From NCBI GenBank assembly GCA_900617105.1, contig UYFQ01000223.1, forward strand, positions 59,865 through 79,864: 20,000 nt of DNA. Reading direction: 5' to 3'. This stretch comes from Hydrurus foetidus. Lineage: Eukaryota. Below, in pieces: positions 1 to 11,168 of this stretch. The notes beneath the pieces were generated by a model that did no database searches, was not told the DNA's origin, and saw nothing but the letters and a program-made list of their open reading frames with translations. The stretch's first letter is position 1. Each line of letters begins with the position of its first letter. Both the position numbers and the translations under genes were made by a program.

Positions 1-3000
1 CCGATCATGTTAAATATCATTAACAGCTTGTATCGTGTACTCCACAAGTGCACAAACAATATTTACAATGTAGCTTGTGATATCCACACGTGGTTAGTTT
101 GTTATACAACCTCGCAGGTACATAAAACTGCTATTTAAGTCAAAATACGGTGTATATGTTGAAATTAACTTCTACCGATCATGTTAAATATCATTAACAG
201 CTTGTATCGTGTACTCCACAAGTGCACAAACAATATTTACAATGTAGCTTGTGATATCCACACGTGGTTAGTTTGTTACACAACCTCGCAGGTACATAAA
301 ACTGCTATTTAAGTCAAAATACGGTGTATATGTTGAAATTAACTTCTACCGATCATGTTAAATATCATTAACAGCTTGTATCGTGTACTCCACAAGTGCA
401 CAAACAATATTTACAATGTAGCTTGTGATATCCACACGTGGTTAGTTTGTTACACAACCTCGCAGGTACATAAAACTGCTATTTAAGTCAAAATATGTGT
501 ATATGTTGAAAATAACTTCTACCTATCATGTTAAATATCATTAACAGCTTGTATCGTGTAGTCCACATATGTACAAGCAATACCTGCAATGTAGCTCATG
601 ATAACTCGACGTGGTTCGTCAGTTATACAACCTCGCAGGTACATAAAACTGCTATTTAAGTCAAAATATGGTGTATATGTTGAAAATAACTTCTACCTAT
701 CATGTTAAATATCATTAACAGCTTGTATCGTGTACTCCACAAGTGCACAAACAATATTTACAATGTAGCTCATGATATCCGACGTGGTTAGTTTGTTATA
801 CAACCTCGCAGGTACATAAAACTGCTATTTAAGTCAAAATACGGTGTATATGTTGAAATTAACTTCTACCTATCATGTTAAATATCATTAACAGCTTGTA
901 TCGTGTAGTCCACATATGTACAAGCAATACCTACAATGTAGCTCATGATAACTCGACGTGGTTCGTCAGTTATACAACCTCGCAGGTACATAAAACTGCT
1001 ATTTAAGTCAAAATATGGTGTATATGTTGAAATTAACTTCTACCGATCATGTTAAATATCATTAACAGCTTGTATCGTGTACTCCACAAGTGCACAAACA
1101 ATATTTTCAATGTAGCTTGTGATATCCACAAGTGGTTAGTTTGTTACACAAACTCGCAGGTACATAAAAACTGCCATTTAAGTCAAAATACGGTGTATAT
1201 GTTGAAATTAACTTCTACCGATCATGTTAAATATCATTAACAGCTTGTATCGTGTACTCCACAAGTGCACAAACAATATTTACAATGTAGCTCATGATAT
1301 CTACACGTGGTTAGTTAGTTATACAACCTCGCAGGTACATAAAAACTGCTATTTAAGTCAAAATATGGTGTATATGTTGAAATTAACTTCTACCGATCAT
1401 GTTAAATATCATTAACAGCTTGTATCGTGTACTCACACAAGTGCACAAACAATATTTACAATGTAGCTTGTGATATCCACACGTGGTTAGTTTGTTATAC
1501 AACCTCGCAGGTACATAAAACTGCTATTTAAGTCAAAATACGGTGTATATGTTGAAATTAACTTCTACCGATCATGTTAAATATCATTAACAGCTTGTAT
1601 CGTGTACTCCACAAGTGCACAAACAATATTTACAATGTAGCTTGTGATATCCACACGTGGTTAGTTTGTTACACAACCTCGCAGGTACATAAAACTGCTA
1701 TTTAAGTCAAAATATGGTGTATATGTTGAAATTAACTTCTACCGATCATGTTAAATATCATTAACAGCTTGTATCGTGTACTCCACATATGTACAAACAA
1801 TATTTGCAATGTAGCTCATGATATCCACACGTGGTTAGTTAGTTATACAACCTCGCAGGTACATAAAACTGCTATTTAAGTCAAAATACGGTGTATATGT
1901 TGAAATTAACTTCTACCGATCATGTTAAATATCATTAACAGCTTGTATCGTGTACTCCACAAGTGCACAAACAATATTTACAATGTAGCTTGTGATATCC
2001 ACACGTGGTTAGTTTGTTACACAACCTCGCAGGTACATAAAACTGCTATTTAAGTCAAAATACGGTGTATATGTTGAAATTAACTTCTACCGATCATGTT
2101 AAATATCATTAACAGCTTGTATCGTGTACTCCACAAGTGCACAAACAATATTTACAATGTAGCTTGTGATATCCACACGTGGTTAGTTTGTTACACAACC
2201 TCGCAGGTACATAAAACTGCTATTTAAGTCAAAATACGGTGTATATGTTGAAATTAACTTCTACCGATCATGTTAAATATCATTAACAGCTTGTATCGTG
2301 TACTCCACAAGTGCACAAACAATATTTACAATGTAGCTTGTGATATCCACACGTGGTTAGTTTGTTACACAACCTCGCAGGTACATAAAACTGCTATTTA
2401 AGTCAAAATATACGGTGTATATGTTGAAATTAACTTCTACCGATCATGTTAAATATCATTAACAGCTTGTATCGTGTACTCCACAAGTGCACAAACAATA
2501 TTTACAATGTAGCTTGTGATATCCACACGTGGTTAGTTTGTTACACAACCTCGCAGGTACATAAAAACTGCTATTTAAGTCAAAATACGGTGTATATGTT
2601 GAAATTAACTTCTACCGATCATGTTAAATATCATTAACAGCTTGTATCGTGTACTCCACAAGTGCACAAACAATATTTACAATGTAGCTTGTGATATCCA
2701 CACGTGGTTAGTTTGTTACACAACCTCGCAGGTACATAAAAACTGCTATTTAAGTCAAAATACGGTGTGTTGTTGAAATTAACTTCTACCGATCATGTTA
2801 AATATCATTAACAGCTTGTATCGTGTACTCCACAAGTGCACAAACAATATTTACAATGTAGCTTGTGATATCCACACGTGGTTAGTTTGTTACACAACCT
2901 CGCAGGTACATAAAACTGCTATTTAAGTCAAAATACGGTGTATATGTTGAAATTAACTTCTACCGATCATGTTAAATATCATTAACAGCTTGTATCGTGT

Positions 3001-6000
3001 ACTCCACAAGTGCACAAACAATATTTACAATGTAGCTTGTGATATCCACACGTGGTTAGTTTGTTACACAACCTCGCAGGTACATAAAACTGCTATTTAA
3101 GTCAAAATACGGTGTATATGTTGAAATTAACTTCTACCGATCATGTTAAATATCATTAACAGCTTGTATCGTGTACTCCACAAGTGCACAAACAATATTT
3201 ACAATGTAGCTTGTGATATCCACACGTGGTTAGTTTGTTACACAACCTCGCAGGTACATAAAACTGCTATTTAAGTCAAAATATGGTGTATATGTTGAAA
3301 TTAACTTCTACCGATCATGTTAAATATCATTAACAGCTTGTATCGTGTACTCCACAAGTGCACAAACAATATTTACAATGTAGCTTGTGATATCCACACG
3401 TGGTTAGTTTGTTACACAACCTCGCAGGTACATAAAACTGCTATTTAAGTCAAAATACGGTGTATATGTTGAAATTAACTTCTACCGATCATGTTAAATA
3501 TCATTAACAGCTTGTATCGTGTACTCCACAAGTGCACAAACAATATTTACAATGTAGCTTGTGATATCCACACGTGGTTAGTTTGTTACACAACCTCGCA
3601 GGTACATAAAACTGCTATTTAAGTCAAAATACGGTGTATATGTTGAAATTAACTTCTACCGATCATGTTAAATATCATTAACAGCTTGTATCGTGTACTC
3701 CACAAGTGCACAAACAATATTTACAATGTAGCTTGTGATATCCACACGTGGTTAGTTTGTTATACAACCTCGCAGGTACATAAAACTGCTATTTAAGTCA
3801 AAATACGGTGTATATGTTGAAATTAACTTCTACCGATCATGTTAAATATCATTAACAGCTTGTATCGTGTACTCCACAAGTGCACAAACAATATTTACAA
3901 TGTAGCTTATGATAACTCACACGTGGTTCGTCAGTTATACAACCTCGCAGGTACATAAAACTGCTATTTAAGTCAAAATATGGTGTATATGTTGAAATTA
4001 ACTTCTACCGATCATGTTAAATATCATTAACAGCTTGTATCGTGTACTCCACAAGTGCACAAACAATATTTACAATGTAGCTTGTGATATCCACACGTGG
4101 TTAGTTTGTTACACAACCTCGCAGGTACATAAAACTGCTATTTAAGTCAAAATACGGTGTATATGTTGAAATTAACTTCTACCGATCATGTTAAATATCA
4201 TTAACAGCTTGTATCGTGTACTCCACAAGTGCACAAACAATATTTACAATGTAGCTTGTGATATCCACACGTGGTTAGTTTGTTACACAACCTCGCAGGT
4301 ACATAAAACTGCTATTTAAGTCAAAATACGGTGTATATGTTGAAATTAACTTCTACCGATCATGTTAAATATCATTAACAGCTTGTATCGTGTACTCCAC
4401 AAGTGCACAAACAATATTTACAATGTAGCTTGTGATATCCACACGTGGTTAGTTTGTTATACAACCTCGCAGGTACATAAAACTGCTATTTAAGTCAAAA
4501 TACGGTGTATATGTTGAAATTAACTTCTACCGATCATGTTAAATATCATTAACAGCTTGTATCGTGTACTCCACAAGTGCACAAACAATATTTACAATGT
4601 AGCTTGTGATATCCACACGTGGTTAGTTTGTTACACAACCTCGCAGGTACATAAAACTGCTATTTAAGTCAAAATACGGTGTATATGTTGAAATTAACTT
4701 CTACCGATCATGTTAAATATCATTAACAGCTTGTATCGTGTACTCCACAAGTGCACAAACAATATTTACAATGTAGCTCATGATATCCACACGTGGTTAG
4801 TTTGTTACACAACCTCGCAGGTACATAAAACTGCTATTTAAGTCAAAATACGGTGTATATGTTGAAATTAACTTCTACCGATCATGTTAAATATCATTAA
4901 CAGCTTGTATCGTGTACTCCACAAGTGCACAAACAATATTTACAATGTAGCTTGTGATATCCACACGTGGTTAGTTTGTTACACAACCTCGCAGGTACAT
5001 AAAACTGCTATTTAAGTCAAAATACGGTGTATATGTTGAAATTAACTTCTACCGATCATGTTAAATATCATTAACAGCTTGTATCGTGTACTCCACAAGT
5101 GCACAAACAATATTTACAATGTAGCTCATGATATCCACACGTGGTTAGTTTGTTACACAACCTCGCAGGTACATAAAACTGCTATTTAAGTCAAAATACG
5201 GTGTATATGTTGAAATTAACTTCTACCGATCATGTTAAATATCATTAACAGCTTGTATCGTGTACTCCACAAGTGCACAAACAATATTTACAATGTAGCT
5301 TGTGATATCCACACGTGGTTAGTTTGTTACACAACCTCGCAGGTACATAAAAACTGCTATTTAAGTCAAAATACGGTGTATATGTTGAAATTAACTTCTA
5401 CCTATCATGTTAAATATCATTAACAGCTTGTATCGTGTACTCCACAAGTGCACAAACAATATTTACAATGTAGCTTGTGATATCCACACGTGGTTAGTCA
5501 GTTATACAACCTCGCAGGTACATAAAACTGCTATTTAAGTCAAAATACGGTGTATATGTTGAAATTAACTTCTACCGATCATGTTAAATATCATTAACAG
5601 CTTGTATCGTGTACTCCACAAGTGCACAAACAATATTTACAATGTAGCTTGTGATATCCACACGTGGTTAGTTTGTTACACAACCTCGCAGGTACATAAA
5701 ACTGCTATTTAAGTCAAAATACGGTGTATATGTTGAAATTAACTTCTACCGATCATGTTAAATATCATTAACAGCTTGTATCGTGTACTCCACAAGTGCA
5801 CAAACAATATTTACAATGTAGCTTGTGATATCCACACGTGGTTAGTTTGTTACACAACCTCGCAGGTACATAAAAACTGCTATTTAAGTCAAAATACGGT
5901 GTATATGTTGAAATTAACTTCTACCGATCATGTTAAATATCATTAACAGCTTGTATCGTGTACTCCACAAGTGCACAAACAATATTTACAATGTAGCTTA

Positions 6001-9000
6001 TGATATCCACACGTGGTTAGTTTGTTACACAACCTCGCAGGTACATAAAACTGCTATTTAAGTCAAAATACGGTGTATATGTTGAAATTAACTTCTACCG
6101 ATCATGTTAAATATCATTAACAGCTTGTATCGTGTACTCCACAAGTGCACAAACAATATTTACAATGTAGCTTGTGATATCCACACGTGGTTAGTTTGTT
6201 ACACAACCTCGCAGGTACATAAAACTGCTATTTAAGTCAAAATACGGTGTATATGTTGAAATTAACTTCTACCGATCATGTTAAATATCATTAACAGCTT
6301 GTATCGTGTACTCCACAAGTGCACAAACAATATTTACAATGTAGCTCATGATATCCACACGTGGTTAGTTTGTTATACAACCTCGCAGGTACATAAAACT
6401 GCTATTTAAGTCAAAATACGGTGTATATGTTGAAATTAACTTCTACCGATCATGTTAAATATCATTAACAGCTTGTATCGTGTACTCCACAAGTGCACAA
6501 ACAATATTTACAATGTAGCTTGTGATATCCACACGTGGTTAGTTTGTTACACAACCTCGCAGGTACATAAAACTGCTATTTAAGTCAAAATACGGTGTAT
6601 ATGTTGAAATTAACTTCTACCGATCATGTTAAATATCATTAACAGCTTGTATCGTGTACTCCACAAGTGCACAAACAATATTTACAATGTAGCTTGTGAT
6701 ATCCACACGTGGTTAGTTTGTTACACAACCTCGCAGGTACATAAAAACTGCTATTTAAGTCAAAATACGGTGTATATGTTGAAATTAACTTCTACCGATC
6801 ATGTTAAATATCATTAACAGCTTGTATCGTGTACTCCACAAGTGCACAAACAATATTTACAATGTAGCTTGTGATATCCACACGTGGTTAGTTTGTTACA
6901 CAACCTCGCAGGTACATAAAAACTGCTATTTAAGTCAAAATACGGTGTATATGTTGAAATTAACTTCTACCGATCATGTTAAATATCATTAACAGCTTGT
7001 ATGGTGTACTCCACAAGTGCACAAACAATATTTACAATGTAGCTTGTGATATCCACACGTGGTTAGTTTGTTACACAACCTCGCAGGTACATAAAAACTG
7101 CTATTTAAGTCAAAATACGGTGTATATGTTGAAATTAACTTCTACCGATCATGTTAAATATCATTAACAGCTTGTATCGTGTACTCCACAAGTGCACAAA
7201 CAATATTTACAATGTAGCTTGTGATATCCACACGTGGTTAGTTTGTTACACAAACTCGCAGGTACATAAAAACTGCTATTTAAGTCAAAATACGGTGTAT
7301 ATGTTGAAATTAACTTCTACCGATCATGTTAAATATCATTAACAGCTTGTATCGTGTACTCCACAAGTGCACAAACAATATTTACAATGTAGCTTGTGAT
7401 ATACACACGTGGTTAGTTTGTTACACAACCTCGCAGGTACATAAAAACTGCTATTTAAGTCAAAATACGGTGTATATGTTTAAATTAATTCCACTGACTG
7501 GCGCAATACATACAGCTTGTATCGTACTCCACAAGTGCACAAACAATATTTACAATGTAGCTTGTGATATCCACACGTGGTTAGTTTGTTACACAACCTC
7601 GCAGGTACATAAAAACTGCTATTTAAGTCAAAATACGGTGTATATGTTGAAATTAACTTCTACCGATCATGTTAAATATCATTAACAGCTTGTATCGTGT
7701 ACTCCACAAGTGCACAAACAATATTTACAATGTAGCTTATGATATCCACACGTGGTTAGTTTGTTACACAACCTCGCAGGTACATAAAACTGCTATTTAA
7801 GTCAAAATACGGTGTATATGTTGAAATTAACTTCTACCGATCATGTTAAATATCATTAACAGCTTGTATCGTGTACTCCACAAGTGCACAAACAATATTT
7901 ACAATGTAGCTTGTGATATCCACACGTGGTTAGTTTGTTACACAACCTCGCAGGTACATAAAACTGCTATTTAAGTCAAAATACGGTGTATATGTTGAAA
8001 TTAACTTCTACCGATCATGTTAAATATCATTAACAGCTTGTATCGTGTACTCCACAAGTGCACAAACAATATTTACAATGTAGCTTGTGATATCCACACG
8101 TGGTTAGTTTGTTACACAACCTCGCAGGTACATAAAACTGCTATTTAAGACAAAATACGGTGTATATGTTGAAATTAACTTCTACCGATCATGTTAAATA
8201 TCATTAACAGCTTGTATCGTGTACTCCACAAGTGCACAAACAATATTTACAATGTAGCTTGTGATATCCACACGTGGTTAGTTTGTTACACAACCCTCGC
8301 AGGTACATAAAACTGCTATTTAAGTCAAAATATGGTGTATATGTTGAAAATAACTTCTACCTATCATGTTAAATATCATTAACAGCTTGTATCGTGTAGT
8401 CCACATATGTACAAGCAATACCTGCAATGTAGCTCATGATAACTCGACGTGGTTCGTCAGTTATACAGCCTCGCAGGTACATAAAACTGCTATTTAAGTC
8501 AAAATATGGTGTATATGTTGAAAATAACTTCTACCTATCATGTTAAATATCATTAACAGCTTGTATCGTGTAGTCCACATATGTACAAGCAATACCTGCA
8601 ATGTAGCTCATGATAACTCGACGTGGTTCATCAGTTATACAACCTCGCAGGTACATAAAACTGCTATTTAAGTCAAAATATGGTGTATATGTTGAAAATA
8701 ACTTCTACCTATCATGTTAAATATCATTAACAGCTTGTATCGTGTAGTCCACATATGTACAAGCAATACCTGCAATGTAGCTCATGATAACTCGACGTGG
8801 TTCGTCAGTTATACAGCCTCGCAGGTACATAAAACTGCTATTTAAGTCAAAATATGGTGTATATGTTGAAAATAACTTCTACCTATCATGTTAAATATCA
8901 TTAACAGCTTGTATCGTGTAGTCCACATATGTACAAGCAATACCTGCAATGTAGCTCATGATAACTCGACGTGGTTCGTCAGTTATACAACCTCGCAGGT

Positions 9001-9557
9001 ACATAAAACTGCTATTTAAGTCAAAATATGGTGTATATGTTGAAAATAACTTCTACCTATCATGTTAAATATCATTAACAGCTTGTATCGTGTAGTCCAC
9101 ATATGTACAAGCAATACCTGCAATGTAGCTCATGATAACTCGACGTGGTTCGTCAGTTATACAACCTCGCAGGTACATAAAACTGCTATTTAAGTCAAAA
9201 TATGGTGTATATGTTGAAAATAACTTCTACCTATCATGTTAAATATCATTAACAGCTTGTATCGTGTAGTCCACATATGTACAAGCAATACCTGCAATGT
9301 AGCTCATGATAACTCGACGTGGTTCGTCAGTTATACAACCTCGCAGGTACATAAAACTGCTATTTAAGTCAAAATATGGTGTATATGTTGAAAATAACTT
9401 CTACCTATCATGTTAAATATCATTAACAGCTTGTATCGTGTAGTCCACATATGTACAAGCAATACCTGCAATGTAGCTCATGATAACTCGACGTGGTTCG
9501 TCAGTTATACAGCCTCGCAGGTACATAAAACTGCTATTTTAGTCTTAATGAGGTGTA
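1..9557. repeat. Satellite DNA: tandem array of ~55 copies of an AT-rich 174/175-bp monomer, continuing past the left edge
   Basis: The monomer ACAGCTTGTATCGTGTACTCCACAAGTGCAC...CATGTTAAATATCATTA recurs every 174 bp, or 175 bp when CATAAAAC has a fifth A. All six frames contain stops within a monomer. The last copy decays at ~9540-9557 (ATTTTAGTCTTAATGAGGTGTA vs ATTTAAGTCAAAATATGGTGTA). Confidence 0.98.
8332..9557. repeat. Subfamily-B block of the satellite (7 near-identical copies)
   Basis: The diagnostic core GTAGTCCACATATGTACAAGCAATACCTGCAATGTAGCTCATGATAACTCGACGTGGTTCGTCAGTTATAC occurs in 7 consecutive units. About 21 substitutions versus the A consensus (hand count). B-type cores also occur at ~561 and ~908. 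Confidence 0.95.
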
Positions 9558-10069
9558 CGTAACATAATGACACTTTATTTATGTTTGATTGCATTGTTTT
9601 TTGCCTCACACTATCATGATGTAATGGGGGTGCTAGTTGTGCCGCGCCTTGAGCTAGATTGGATCTGGAGATATCGGTCTCAGCATCGACAACTTGAGTG
9701 ACCAAACACAATTACCATCTGATTTTATGAAATCAACATCTGATATTCTGATGTCACATTTTTATGGGCTTTTTGGACTCAGCTTGATCCAAGGATTAAT
9801 ATGCAATATCTTTCGGGCTGTTAAACTCAATATTACCTGTAATATTAAGGCTATTTAGGTCCAGCCTGCCTGGGATTCTGGGACACAGTCAAATCCTGCC
9901 CCAGGCAGGATAGGCAGTGTTCGCCACAGCCTACCGAGCGCCAGATATAATTTGTTCGTATCACATCACCGTTGTCACCGGGTACCACTACAGGGAGTTG
10001 TGTGTTGTGTGCGCAACACAAATCAAGCTGACAACTCAGTGAAGAGACTTCCGCTTCTCCACATTTATC

Positions 10070-10923
10070 ATGTCTCATCCTCATCCAGCTTTCCTTCCAG
10101 TACCTCCTCCCCAATTTAGCCCTGCTGAGGTAACCATGTCTGAACACATTGTCACCAACATTCGTTATTACTTTGTCAGTGGCACTTTCTGCAATTTCGT
10201 GAGTGGCATTAGTAACACTAAAATCCGTTGAAATAGGAGGAGATCGAACGAAAGTTTCACGAGATCCGCCAGATTACAGGCTACACGCGAATCGCTGGAA
10301 CTCATGGTGCAAAGCTCACACAAATTGTACCTGGTTTATGGACAGCGCATTTTAACGACATTAAAGAAGTTGATGCCTTCACAAAGCTGACTGAAATAGA
10401 TCCTCCTATGGCTCTTGTAGTCAACTCTGGTTGTGTCAACGACCAATGTCCAACTTACCAGGGATTCTACGGCCCGGACATCGACGTCCTTCAAATTTTT
10501 CTCCTAGACGACCCGAAAGAGGGCGAAAGCCACACATGCGCAGGGGATTCGCACGCGCATTTCAAGTTGGTCAACTCTCGGATTGGGGCAGCGATCGGCT
10601 CTGGCAAGAGCGTCTTAGTGCACTGCATGGCATCACTCTCCAGATCTGTTGTTCTAATCATCGCTTATCTGATGGAAACGCGTTCCTTATCTGCCCTTGA
10701 CGCCACAAAGATGATCAAACATGTATGGGACCCAACATGGCCCAACGACCGATTCGTTCTGGATCTAATCAGATTTGAGGACGAGTTGAAACATGGTAAG
10801 TAGACTTTCCTCGGACACTGCGACTCCTCAGTCGCAACAATCTTGTGCGGGGCTTCATTGTTGCGTGATGTCTGACGCAGTTAGATATTCATTACTCAGT
10901 TATTTTGTTCATCAGTAAATTAA
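10070..10923 (+). CDS. Dual-specificity protein phosphatase (DSPc, atypical DUSP-like), ~208 aa
   Basis: Exons 10070-10129 (MSHPHPAFLPVPPPQFSPAE|gtaacc), 10237-10795 and probably 10916-10923 (GTAAGT donor at 10796; unspliced, the stop is at 10801-10803). The catalytic signature VLVHCMASLSRSVVLIIAYLM has CX5R intact. It also shows the N-terminal TQIVPGLW and C-terminal PN..F...L motifs typical of DSPc. Confidence 0.88.
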
Positions 10924-11168
10924 GGCATCCCAGATATCTTATGAAAGATAGTATTAGTAACTCGACTCTTGGTCACGACCTCAACTTTTTTGGTTGATAC
11001 GTCGTGTAGACACCAATGTCTTCGCCGTTTCAACTCGAAGAAGGCGAAATTATTATCATACACGGTCTGCAACTCAGAGTTGGCATTCATTTCGTACTGC
11101 TTTGGAAAATACGGAAATGGCAAGTTAAAGTTAAGTTCCGTCGGCGGCCCTCTTCACATCAACGAAAG

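Noticed and set aside
1049..7685. Repeated 63-aa and 119-aa ORFs (MLNIINSLYRV...)
   Set aside because: They appear only where a homopolymer gains one A. The standard 174-bp unit has stops in all six frames, so they are by-products of the satellite.
8454..8460. Hammerhead ribozyme/retrozyme (CUGACGA on the minus strand of B units; monomer size fits non-LTR retrozymes)
   Set aside because: No stem II followed by GAAA exists on that strand, and the motif is absent from A units. Other ribozyme classes were not recognised but need an Infernal search.
1..9557. CRISPR array
   Set aside because: There are no unique spacers, whole monomers are repeated, there are no cas genes, and the context is eukaryotic.
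1..9557. 5S rRNA, tRNA, snRNA or spliced-leader tandem array
   Set aside because: No recognisable 5S/tRNA/snRNA sequence or Pol III A/B boxes, and the monomer is too AT-rich.
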